A DNA stretch of 64,000 nt from Piromyces finnis finn (taxonomy: Eukaryota > Fungi > Neocallimastigomycota). Below, one piece after another: positions 1 through 13,028 of this stretch. A program made the translations under genes and the position numbers. The notes under the pieces are model-generated. The model did not search any database. It was not told the DNA's origin and saw nothing but the letters and a program-made list of their open reading frames with translations. Where the stretch lies: positions 62,001 through 126,000 of the forward strand of contig MCFH01000053.1 in the NCBI GenBank assembly GCA_002104945.1. The letters run 5' to 3'. Numbering within the stretch: the stretch's first letter is position 1; each line of letters opens with the position of its first letter.

Positions 1-1951
1 TACTTGAAATTTTTAATGATGTATTGAATGATTTTATTACCAGGTACTAAATTTTATAATTTATGAAAAATGAATAAATTGTATTTTCTTTTTAATTATT
101 ATTTATTTATATAAATTTAATAAGATGTTCTTATTTATGATAAAAATTAATAACTAATCCATACTTAATATATATATATAATTATTTTTAAAAAAAAAAA
201 TTAAAAGTATTTTGTCAAACTTTTTTTTTTGTTTTTTAAAAAAATGTTTAGTAATAATTAAACTAATTATTTTTAAATTATTTTATTAATGTAATTAATT
301 TAAATTAATTTCTTTGGAAAATAAAAATTTATGAAAATGACACATTTACATGATATGATAAAATGATAATTTAAATTTTGTAAATTTTAAATAATTAAGT
401 TTTATACTAAATAAAATCTTTTTTTTTTTTTTTAAATCATAACTTTTCTTTATTTAATTTAATTATATTTGAACCGAATTTACAAATTATTTAGTTAACT
501 TAAATTTAAATTTAAATTCACCAATAATTTACGTTTTTTGAAATTAAAATGAAGTTTTAATTAGGATATACAATCTATATTTAATAATCATTATTAATAG
601 TATTCTTTTTATAATGAATTTAAAGAAGGATGATTTACTTTAAAAATTTTAAATTATAATACTAACAAATAGTTAAAGGATTAATACTTTTTTGGTAGTT
701 GTTTTTTCCATATAATTAAAAACACTATTAATGTTATTAAAACATCTCTTGAATATAATATTTTCATTATTAAAAATGAGTTTGTTAATACAAAATTTAT
801 AAAAGGTTAGAAAACGACAAACAACACATCTAAAAATTCATAATGGCCATATTTTTGTATACATGTTATATATATAAATAATATATAAAAAGAAATTTTT
901 TAAAACATATATATATATATAATAGTATATGGATGGTTACTTGTTTTATAATTAGTATATTGATTTAAAAATAATAATATGATTAAATAATTATTAAGAA
1001 AAACAACAAGATAAACTATTCATTCTAATAACAATAGGAAACGCTTATAATTAAAAAAAAATAATAATAATCTATTATCATTTGAATATTTTTGATTTAA
1101 TAATTATAGAACTTTCATATCCTCTTTTGTAATTTATTTATTTAATTAATTCTTTTTAATTTTATATTTTCCTATTAATTAAATTAAATAGTAATTATAT
1201 TACTAAAAATTATGATAACACAGAATTACATTTACCTTTTTTTTTTTTTTTTCTTTTTAATAACCTTGAAATAATTTTAAACCTTAATTATAATAATTAA
1301 GGAAATTTAAAAGAAAATTTAAAAAAAGTAAAAATAAATAGTAAAAAAAAAAAAAGTTTATACACTTTTGTACAATCGTTTAACTTTGTTGTATTAAAAT
1401 ATTTTCTGATTATAATATTTTAAAAACATTATATATTTATTTCAAATATAAATCATTTCATATTAATATAGACATATGTATTTTTTTAATTTTAGACCCA
1501 AACTATTAGCTTTTAGTAAACCTTTTTTAGTTTTTTTTTTGTTTTTCTTTTTTTTTTTTATTATCTTTTTTTATTGTTTTTTTTTTTTTTAATTTTTTTA
1601 AAAATAATATTTACTTTATCTGTAGTTAATATTATTTTTTTTCAATAAAAATTATTCTCTTAAATAAATTAATAAAAGAAAAAAATAACTATATTATATT
1701 TAATATTATTTTACATTCTATTTATCAATATTTTAAAAAAGTAATTTAATTTTTTCATTACTTTACTAGATTATTAAACATATTAAAATATCGATAAAAT
1801 CTTCTAAAGTCATGCATGCTTTATATTTTAATTATTAACTTTTGGGTAATATTTTTAATTTTTTTTTCTTGTTATTGTAATATTACTAATTTATAGTATT
1901 ATTATTTTCTATATATTTATAATTTATTCTATTTTAACCACTTTAAATTCT

Positions 1952-3097
1952 TTAATTTAAAGATTCGAAAACAGTGGAAAGGAAGTTGTATAAACCAGCG
2001 TTAACAGCTGGACCATCGTGATCAGCACCTGGAACTTCAAACCAAATGTGTTCTTGGTTGTTTCTAGTTAAAATTTCATGATAACTCTTTGGGAATTGTT
2101 GAACAACAGAATCGTTAGTACCACAAGAAATAAGAGTAACGTATGGGGTATTATCAGTACGGAATTCATCTTCAGTGAATAAACCCTTGTGGTAACCTGA
2201 GAAATCAGTACCTGGAGTAACACCTGGAGCTGGTGAGAAAGCACCAACATAACCGAATAAATCTGGTCTCTTGTAACCGATGTAAAGACTGTTACGACCA
2301 CCCATAGAGAAACCGCAGATAGCAGTGTTATCTCTACCAGTAGCAACAGAGTAAGTTGATTCAATGTATGGCATAATATTTTCAGTTAAATCATTAATGA
2401 AGTTATCATAACCATCAAAGTATTCTTGAGCGAAAGAAGCTTCAACAGCATTACCGTCTTGTGGAGCATAAGTATTTGGAAGAACCATAATGAATTCTTT
2501 AGTTTTTCCTTCATTTAATAAATTAGTTGGAATTTGAATGGTGGCATATTGATCTTCTAACATAGTATCTTCATTACAGAAGATACCATGTAAGAAATAA
2601 ACAACTGGGTATTTTTTATCTTCAGAGTAATTTACTGGAAGAATAATATTTAATGGACGTTCAGATTTAGTAGTGTTGGAGTAGTAGTATACCTTTTGAG
2701 CAGTTGGGTAAGTAACACCATCATGGAAAGTAGAAGCTTCTACTGGACAAGTATTAACAACATTAAGTTTACTCATATATTCACTTGGAATAATAGTTGA
2801 AGTTTCTTCTTCACTGAAAGAGTCTTCTTCGACATTATTATCATCAACATTAACTGAAACTTCTTCTTCAGAAGAAATTTCATCTTCACTGTAAGTTTCT
2901 GGAATGGCATTACTAGCAACGCTTTGAATTCCACACCATTGACCATTTTCAATACCCCATTCACCATTTTCATCAACATGAACAACTTCAGTTGTGTTTT
3001 CACAACATGAGTATCCTAAAGTTTCAGAAAAGCAATTAGCTGAAACTTCTGAAGCTAAAACAACAGCAACTAAAGATAAAATATTTGAGGCCTTCAT
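1952..3097 (-). CDS. Secreted fungal-dockerin (CBM10/NCDD)-fused CE1 esterase, feruloyl-esterase-like (cellulosome component)
   Basis: Intronless 381-aa ORF. Signal peptide MKASNILSLVAVVLASEVSA, dockerin CFSETLGYSCC...WGIENGQWCGI, acidic linker, then alpha/beta-hydrolase with YPVVYFLHG, nucleophile GFSMGG, CGTND (Asp) and GADHD (His), as in clostridial/ruminococcal XynY/XynZ-type FAE domains. Confidence 0.9.
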   Translation of the reverse strand: MKASNILSLVAVVLASEVSANCFSETLGYSCCENTTEVVHVDENGEWGIENGQWCGIQSVASNAIPETYSEDEISSEEEVSVNVDDNNVEEDSFSEEETSTIIPSEYMSKLNVVNTCPVEASTFHDGVTYPTAQKVYYYSNTTKSERPLNIILPVNYSEDKKYPVVYFLHGIFCNEDTMLEDQYATIQIPTNLLNEGKTKEFIMVLPNTYAPQDGNAVEASFAQEYFDGYDNFINDLTENIMPYIESTYSVATGRDNTAICGFSMGGRNSLYIGYKRPDLFGYVGAFSPAPGVTPGTDFSGYHKGLFTEDEFRTDNTPYVTLISCGTNDSVVQQFPKSYHEILTRNNQEHIWFEVPGADHDGPAVNAGLYNFLSTVFESLN

Positions 3098-5704
3098 TTT
3101 AATTATATTAATAAATATTAAATTATGTTAATTATATAATAAATAATAACTAATTAATTTAGATATTAGATTAAAAAAAAAAAAAGAAGTTGCCAACTAT
3201 TTATATTAAAATTTTTCTTTTAATATTTATTATAAAATAAAATTCTTTTTTATTAATTATTTTTTAGTATAACACAAAATTATGACTAAAAATTTTAATA
3301 AATATTATATTAATTAAAATTTTTCAATTTATTATTAATATATTCAGTATCTATTTGTTTACATCCTAGTTTATTAAAGTTTTCTAGTTAATATTTTTCT
3401 CTATAGCAAATCAGATGCTCTCAAAAAAGATCATCCTTATACTATAGCTTTTTAATTAACCTTATCTTTTATTTATTTAAAATAAAATTTTGAGTTTAAA
3501 GATTCATATTTTCTATATTATATAAGGCTATTGTTACATTATATATTAAAAATATATTATTTTTCAATTACATAATATTATGTAAAAACCTTGTTGGTTG
3601 TGTAACAAATGTTGATTTCTTGTTTTTTATTGGTTAATTCAATTATTATAATTATTATTAAAAAATAATGGTTAATAAAATGGGATAAATTCTGTGTAAA
3701 TTTTATGATTATGATAAAATTGAAATACTTGAACAAAAGATATTGTTTATATTGTTTGTTGTTTATTAAAAAGACATAATATAATAAAATTATTTTAGGG
3801 ACATTTTAGTTAATATGTTTTTTGTATTAAAATGGTAATGCATTTGCACTTTTATTTCTTTGATTATATCTTTAGTATGATTAAAGAAAAGTAAGAATAA
3901 TAAAGATATAAAAAAATGTATTAAATATTTTTTTTATAAATTAAATAATTTCAATAATATATTAATCAGTTTTATCTTTTTTGTTTAAACCTATAATTAA
4001 TTAGTTTTTTATAATGAGTATTATTATCTTTTAATTATTTTCTTTTGGAAATGTCACCATTATACAAATTAAATGATTTACACCCTAAATTTCTATATAT
4101 GTTAATATTAATGTTATAAAGAAAAATTAAGTGTAAATCAATATTTTTGTGTATCATTATTTTAATATATTTAATTATTCTATTTTTTATCCAATTCTTT
4201 TTTTGTTTTTTCATTTTATTAACAGATTTTTATATTGAAGCTCAATCTTTACCTAATAATGTAATAAATAAATTTCTCTAAACTTTTTTTTTATAAACAT
4301 TTTTCTTTTAATAAATATTTAATATATTTTTAAATAAAATAAATGAATTTTTAATTGAAAAGAGCTTCAACATTAATTACTTTCTATTTATTTATGTTAA
4401 CTTTACATTGATACTCACAATTATTTTATTTTGTAAAAAATAACTATATTGAATGAATATTAATAAAAAAAAAACATAATGCTTTTCTCAAATAAAAACA
4501 TAACAAAATACTACACTATGGTTTATTTAATATCAATAATAATATTAATTTATATTTATGCCATTTTCAATTGATTATAAAAATATTTATATCTATATAC
4601 TTTTTTTTTTTTGGAGAAAATAAGGAATTGATACAAATAATTAAAACATGGAATGTTCATTCTTTTTAAAACAATATTGTATATTGTGAATTTACTAATA
4701 GGTTGTTTGAAAAATTCTATTAATATTTTTATGGGATGAATTTCATTTACAAAATTTATAAAATTTAATCATTTCTTTTCATTTTATATTATTAATACTT
4801 TATTTCTAAATAATTTGAAAGATTTTAGTATGTTAATAGTGCTTAGATAAATAGTATCCCTTATTTTTTTGATGCTGATAGCATTCCTATTTATTGAAAT
4901 TATTAGACATTTTAATTCTATATTAAATAAAATTATTTAATTCTATTAAAAAAAGAGTAACATTTTTTAATTTATATAAAAAATAATTACACACATAAAA
5001 ATTGATATTCAAAGGAACAATAAATAAATTAAATTAAATGATAGGCATTAAAAATAACACATATTTTAATTATACTTGTGTAACATAATATAAATAATAA
5101 AATAGAATTTAAATTGTAGTTTTTTTTATTTTTTTATTTTTCTTGGTAAATTAGAATTGTTATTTTTTTTCAGTTTTAATGATTAAAGGTTGACTGATAA
5201 ATTATATTCCAATTAAATGTATTTATTTATTAATAAAAAAAAAATAAATTATTCATTTTAATAGTATTTTTTTTTTTTTTTGTTGTTGTTGTTGTTGTTG
5301 TTGGTATTTATTACAATAGTTTTTTTTTTTTTTTTAATTAATTCTATAAATAATATGTACCAAAAAAAGAAAAAGAAAAAGAGGTATGATTCTCAATAGC
5401 TATAAAACTAAATTTTTAATAAGAATCAATTGAATTTAAATTCTTTTAATATTTATTCAATCGTCAAAATCTATAAATACATATATTGTTTATATTTCTA
5501 TATAATATTTAATCATTAGTTATTGTACTAAAATATAATAAAATAAATACTTTTTAACGAAAAAGTTTTTTTTTTTTTTTTTTTTTTTAATATTAAAAAC
5601 TTTACATTAACCTATTATTGTTTTGTTTTTGTAAAATTTTGTTATACTATTTTTATTTTTAAAATTTTGTCTCTTTTTTTTTATTTATTAATTTATTTAT
5701 TAAT

Positions 5705-5743
<39 letters not shown>

Positions 5744-5748
5744 TTTGT

Positions 5749-5783
<35 letters not shown>

Positions 5784-5857
5784 TTCTATTAGTGTTATTT
5801 TAAAATAACATTTTTTTAATTACTTTTTTTTAAAAAATAGTATATATTATATTTATT

Positions 5858-8484
5858 TTAATTAGCTATCCATGAGCATACAATACTCATAATTATAAAC
5901 AAGAGAGTAATTGATGTAGTAAAAGACATTGATGAACCACTAGAAGTAGTATTATTAGAAGATGCATTATCATCTTCATTACTGGAACCAATAGACATTA
6001 TTTTTCCTCCTACAACACCATATCTTGGATCAGATTTAAGACTTGGTATTCCTCCATAGGCTTGTTGAACATCAACAGCTTTATATTTGACCCAAGCTCT
6101 TAAATTTTCAGTTGAAACTTCAGTATCTGAATATTGAGCTTCTATAACAGAAGTAGTTGGTTTATTTTGTACATCTGCATTACTAAAAGTTTGAGTTTGA
6201 ATAATATTATAACAAAATACATCCCAATATAAATCATCAATTAAAAATTGATGGAAATATTCGATTCTTGGACCTAAAGCTTCAATATTAAATAAATTTC
6301 CTACAACATCCTTTATCATTTCTTCAAATTTTGGTTTAATATTGATATTGTTAATAATTTTATCATAAAGAATTGGATTTTTTTTTCCTGGATTTGGACC
6401 ATAACTTTGGTGCTTAGTATCTTCAACATTAGCAATATAATCATCAAATGTTCCCTTATAATAAAAAAATATTATTAATAATATAAAAATATAAAATATA
6501 ATTAATATAAAAATTAATATTAACAGTTACCTTTCCTGGTTTACACCATTTACCAAAAGTTAAATCAAAATCATAAGAGAAGAAATGGTACTTTCCATTA
6601 TTTGGTTCGATGTAGGTAAAGAAATTATTACCATTAATATTATAACTATATATAATATAATTATTCGTATAAATATCATAAATTATTAATAGCTATTATT
6701 TAATATTTTATAAATATAACTATATAAATTAAATATTTACCCATCCCATTGACAAATTAAATATTCGATAATACAGCTTTTTACAAATTCATTAGATAAA
6801 AATTTACAGTTCATTAGATAAAAAAAAACACGCTAACTAAATAAAAAATATATAATAATATATTTGCTTACTATTTTAAAAACATATCAACATCAAATTG
6901 CTTTTCAATTTCTTCTAAAGGAGCATTTAATGGTAAATTTTCAGCCCATCTATTATTTATACATATATATAAATAATTTAAGAATTATTTTAAATTTTAT
7001 TTTACATACAAATTATAAATTAATATATGCTTAATCTAATTTTAAATATATTTTGATTATTTTTGTTTGTTACATACGCAATCATGTTGTTTATATCTTG
7101 ATGAGGATCGTAACCACCTGTTGGTTCAACAACACTTTCATAAAGATCTTGAATTCTGGAATTACCAATATCACTATAGAAATAGGCTGGGTATACACCA
7201 GAAACGCCCTATTAAATTTGTTTTTTATTTATAATTTTTAAAATTATTTTAATTTTTATTATTATACTATTATTATTATTATATTTTTATATTAATTTTT
7301 TACCTTATATAATGAACCATAGACATATCCATCTGTATTCTTTTGGATATTAAAGAATCTTTTTAAAAATGATTTTTTGTACATATCAGCAATTTCATAC
7401 AAACCATATGATTTATTATTAATATATAATCTACATGGAGCAGATTGAGCAATTGGTAAACCTAAAGATTCTGCAATATCACCTGCTAACTTATTTTTAA
7501 TACCAGATTCATCATAACGTATACTACGAAGTTTGAATTGACTACGGTTGAAAATTTTTGTATTCTTTTTGTCGGCATCCCCTTCAGATAAATCAAATTT
7601 ATATGGTTTCTTTTCTTGACCTTTAGAACCTTGACCTGAAAGTCCAAGAGTAACATTGGTGAAAGTTAATTTTTCATATGGACTAATAGTAATTAGTTAA
7701 TATGTAATCATTACAATTTTAAATATTATATATAATTATATTCATGTGTACAATGTTTACAATTAAATAAAATATTGAATTAATTTTCCGTTAGTATTAT
7801 AAGTATTTATAATTATCACTATATATCATTGATACATACGAATAGAAATCAAATGAAACTTTATATTCAACGTCTTGATTACTAGAAAGTTGTGTTAAAG
7901 AGTTATAATCAGCAATTTCCATATGAAGATTAATTACTGGGATTTCACCTTCTTGGAAAAGTTGAGAATATTTATCATAACCTTCAAGTTTTGGATAAAG
8001 TCTTGGAATTGTTTGAATAATAGAATCACCTATTGTGTTACGACGTCCGAAGACTTCATATAAAGTGGTTGTACTCGATGGATCCCACTGTCTTTGAGAT
8101 TGAAATAAGACTGATTCATTTTGTGTTGTACCAGTGACTTCATAATAATATTGAGTTGGTGTTCCGTCATACTCAAATTCATACAAAATATCATTGTTTT
8201 TGGATACCATAGGATATGATGCACCATCAATATAAACTGTTACACCAGTTCCTCCGTAATCGCCTGCTGCACATAAAACCTTAAAAGAAACAGCAGATGC
8301 AGTACTAGCAAAAGAAGCTAATACTTTTGATAATTAAATAATTAACACAAAAAAAGAAAAAAAAAGTTTTATTAAAATTTACATTTAATATTTACAATAA
8401 ATATATATTATTGTTATATCTATATTATTATAGTTTAAAAAAATATTCTATACCTAATAAAGAATTTAATGATATGAACTTCAT
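5858..8484 (-). CDS. cotH: CotH-family kinase / spore-coat-like secreted protein, multi-exon, hydrophobic GPI/TM-like C-terminus
   Basis: Spliced start MKFISLNSLL|VLASFASTASAVSFKVLC (ATG 8484, intron about 8453-8324). Internal exons read GLSGQGSKGQEKKPYKFDL, FKLRSIRYDESGIKNKLAGDI, CRLYINNKSYGLYEI, typical of CotH. Last exon ends in a Ser-rich linker plus a hydrophobic tail. Internal exon boundaries not all resolved. Confidence 0.85.
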
Positions 8485-10379
8485 TTTTTTGTTTATCTAT
8501 ATAAATCAATTATATATATAAATAAATTTGCTCTATATCTAAATTTTTTTTTATTATTATTTTTAACTTTTTTTATTTATTTATTTAAAGATATGAAAGA
8601 TTAAAGCAACTCCCTATATTTTAATAAGATTAAGTATAATATTAATTAAAAAGTTATACTATTTAAAAAAAAATTAAAAAAAAAAATAATAATATTAGAG
8701 TAGAAATAACATTTGAGGGGTCTTCATATTTTATATATTTTATATTTATATTTATGAATAAAATATTTTCTTAATTTATTCTATTTAATTATCTTACTTT
8801 GTTTGTTATAATATATAATTTTGTATTTTTACATTTTTATATTTTAATTTTATAAATTCGTGAAAAATGTTATATTTTTAATATTAATATATATATATTA
8901 TATATATCATTATTTAAATAATTCAATTATCTAATTTATTAAGGAAATTAAATCAACTTGAAATTTGATTTGTATTTATAATGAATTATTCAATAATATA
9001 AGATTGTTCAAACTTTTATTCATTTTTCTTTTAATAAACTATATAATATAATAAATTATTTATTATAGCTAACAATCCTAGTATATATACATTAATATAC
9101 TTTTTATCGATTTTATTGATTTACTTTTTGTCAAATTAGTTTGTTTCCCCCAAATTTTATATTTTGTTTGTTTCATTTTCATTACATTTATTAAAATAAT
9201 TTTTTATACATATGCGAAATCCTTTAAATTTAAATATATATTTATATTAAATAAAAAAAAAATACTTTTAAACTTTATCTAGCTTATAAAATTTAATAGA
9301 ATTTTTTGTCTTTAATACTTAAAAATCTATAATTCAAACAATTATTTTATAATTTTAAAAATCTATTATTATTTTTAATAGAAAAAAAAAATAAATAAAT
9401 AAAAATAATTTTCTATATCAATATCGAACCACAAATACAAATACAAATGAAACGGATGAAACTTTATTTTTATTATTTTTATAAATATGTAACAATTTAA
9501 TTAATTTTTTTTATTTCATTTCAATTATATTGGAAAAAAAGAAGAAAAAAAAAATAGGGTGACAATAATTAAACAAAATATTTAGCTAAGCTAAATATTA
9601 ATAATTTATTATTTTAATGCTTCATTCTCTTATAAATTAAAGTTACTATTATATTATTATAATTAAATAAATATCAAATAGTTTCTTTAAAACCAAAATT
9701 CTCATCTATAAAATTTATAATACTGGATGGGATCTGAATATTATAATTTGTTAAAGGCATAATTATATAATGAAACTTATATATATATATATTTTTTATA
9801 TTAATAACTAAATTCACTTATTAACAAAATAATATTATGCGATTTTTAATTTATTTAATTATAATGTATATACATTTAATATTTAAATATAATTTATTTA
9901 TATTTTTAAAGTATCCATTTATTTTTACATATTATAGAAATGCTTTTAATAATAGTAATAAAACATTAAAATATTAATTAATATTATATATTAATTGTAT
10001 TATAAATTTTGATGTTCATTATACCAACAATAGGTGGCACTATACTTTCAAATAATGCTTCAATTTCAATGTTATTGATATATAAACAATTAATGCATAT
10101 TTTCTTGATATATAAATATACGATTTAATATTTTATTTAAATATTAAATTTATTATTTTATATATTACTAATTTGCCTTTGATAAATAACAAAATTAAAA
10201 AGTTTCATTAATAAAATTAATACAAACAAAATTTATTATTTATAAAATGTCTTCTTTATAATATAATAAATATTCCCAATTTATAATATATAGATATGTA
10301 TAATGAATAATGTCATCAGAATTTAAATATGTATTTAAAAATCTTTTAATAAACTATTTTTTTTTTATATATATCTATA

Positions 10380-10915
10380 TCTCTAATATTTCATATAAGC
10401 CATAAACTTGTTATTAATGTATAATCTATAGATGAGTAATTGATAATACTTAATGATTTATACATATCACTCACCATTTCGTTTTTTAATAAACTTAAAT
10501 TTTCTTAGACCAGAAACTTTTGAATTATCATATTAGTTTCATTCAAGTTTGTATGAACTCTTCTATTTCTTAAATCTTAACATGAAAAACTAAAACTATG
10601 GAAAATATGATAGAATTCATGATCTAATATATTAAATATATCATTAATTACATAAAATGAAGTTGTTGATGTTATTTATTATTATTACAATTAATCTTTC
10701 CTATTGTAAAGATGTTAATTATTATTATCATTTTTGCACTAATAGTATATAGCATATTTTGAAAAAAAAAAAAAAAATAACTATTTATCATATTCATCAA
10801 AAGGAATATAAAACCTTGGTTATATTCCAATTATATTATACTTAATGATCTACCAAATCCTCATATATAGTTGTAATACTTATTGTATCTCAATGATTTG
10901 CTTCACCAAATAAGC
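10380..10915 (-). pseudogene. Decayed CotH paralog (stops and frameshifts)
   Basis: Hand translation of the minus strand gives fragments colinear with the neighbouring CotH: EANHWD.ISITT..FGRS, PRFYIPFDEYDK, LLKNEMVSDMYKSL, YRLYINNK / YGLYEILE (cf. QRQWDPSSTTTLYEVFGRR, PRLYPKLEGYDK, IKNKLAGDIAESL, CRLYINNKSYGLYEI). May extend further toward about 10000. Confidence 0.6.
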
Positions 10916-11141
10916 TTTATTTTATTTTATAATTTAATCCTTAATAATTATAAATTATAGATTTTATATAGTATAAATTTTTTACTTTTTATTTAATGAA
11001 TATGAATATAGAATTATCTATTTTTTAATCAAAGTAATAATTATTTAATTTATTTATAAAACTTTAATTATAATAAATAATTGATTTGAATCTATTTTAT
11101 TTGAATATTAATATTAATATATACTGAATTTTTTTTAATCC

Positions 11142-11358
11142 TATTAAGAGTTGTTTAATTTAGGTTTATAATTATGTCAACTTTATTAATATATTTTATG
11201 ATAAAGAACTACTTGCGTTACATTCTTCTCAAACTACATGTATTTATACATTTACATTGTGGCTTAAACATATAATCAAATACAATATATACAAATACGT
11301 TTTAATACATTTCAATACATTTGAATACATGTGACATAACGTTTCACATATTCTAACA
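11142..11358 (-). mobile_element. Solo LTR (217 bp) of the same family as the 32693-37588 element
   Basis: Near-identical to the 32693-32908 LTR (differences mainly in the first ~30 nt plus two substitutions). Flanked by 5-bp direct repeat AATCC (11137-11141 and 11359-11363). Minus-strand termini TGTTAG...TTAATA. Confidence 0.9.
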
Positions 11359-13028
11359 AATCCTATTAATTAAATTTAATTCAAAAACAAAATAACTAAA
11401 CTTTAATTATATACATAAAATTTGTACCACTAAAGAAAGCCTATTTTTTTTTTTTCAGGAATATTAAATAAAATGTAGTTTTACTTTTACGATGACTATT
11501 ATATAATAGTTTTTTTTTTTTTTAGTAATATTGTATATTTACTCTTTTTCATTTATTTTGGTATATAATATTATTATTATAAAAAAAATTGGTATCATCT
11601 GAATATTTATTTGAAAAAAAAGAAGATTAATATATACTCAAACACAAAATGATATTGTATTAATATAATAGTAACTGTTTTTTTACTAAAATAATAATAT
11701 AATGATTATCCTTAAAAATAATAATTAATTAATATATATATTTTTTGAATCTTATATATGTATAAATGAATAGTATTTCAATAATATATAATAATATTGG
11801 AATATAATTTAAAAGTATTCTAAAATTTATATTTAAGGATTTAAAAGAAATAAAAAAATATAATCATATAATTTTATATATTTAATAGTTTTTTTATTAA
11901 AATATAAATAATATATTATTTACACTAATTATATTTGTTAGAAGATTATAATTTTAAATAGAATATTAAATTATTATTACTAATCTTTATTCTAAAAGAG
12001 ACTTTTTATAATTGCAACAATATTCATATAGAAATTCTATAAGTTTACTATTATAAAATTAATACTTATTTCATATATATATTTTTGAACACTAATAAAT
12101 TAATACCTTAAAAGTTGCATGAAATATATATATTATTTTATCATAGTTTATTTATTATTTTTATTATTAAAACGATAATGATGATTCTTATAAGTCCAAA
12201 AAAATATCTATATTATAAAAAAAGTTTAACTTTTTCTAGTGAATACTAACAAGAGGCTAAATTAAATTGATAATAATAAAAAAAAAAAAAAGTAACATAG
12301 CATACAATATTTAACTAAATAAATATATAAAAAATAATTAAATAAATAAAACAGTAAAATTTATTTAATTATTTTTCTTTTTAAATTTTTTACTTTTCTT
12401 TATGATTAGTTTTTTCTTTTTCTCATAAATACTCTTTTATACTCTTTCATTTGAAATGATAATAAATAATAAATTACGACTAATATACCTAATATATATA
12501 TTGAACTATTTGAATAGATGATATTCTATACCTTTTTTAATAAATCATTCTATAACATGCTGCTGTTGTTTTGTTGATATGTTGTGTTTTTGTTTTTGTT
12601 TTTTAAATAAAGTATTTTTCTGCAACGAGATCCATACATATTATTGTATAGTTAATGATTTATAGCTATTATAGTGGTTTTTAATAATTTTATAAATTAT
12701 CTACTTAAAAAACTTTTCAACATTCTTAAGCATAAAAAAGTTGGCAAAGTTCCACTATTTCTTCGGTAAAAATTATAACATAATCTGATAAATATATTAT
12801 CATTTATATTATTATCAATACTATTTTCAAATTAATTAACATTTATTCATTTATATATATATATATATATAGGTGTATATCTAAAAAATTAAATCGCATT
12901 TTAATTTTCATTTGTATCTTATTTTGTTGGGAAAAAAAGGTGAAAATGACTATCATATTTTTAAATTTTTCGTTTTTTATAAAAAAAAAAAATAGACTTA
13001 TTAGCATGTTATAAATATAATAAAGCAC

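Noticed and set aside
3100-5850. Possible decayed coding fragments in the long intergenic region
   Set aside because: Short peptide-like stretches (about 3700-3900 and 4600-4900) gave no recognisable motif; consistent with AT-rich noncoding DNA.
7053-7241. 62-aa plus-strand ORF
   Set aside because: Antisense to a CotH exon; non-ATG start.
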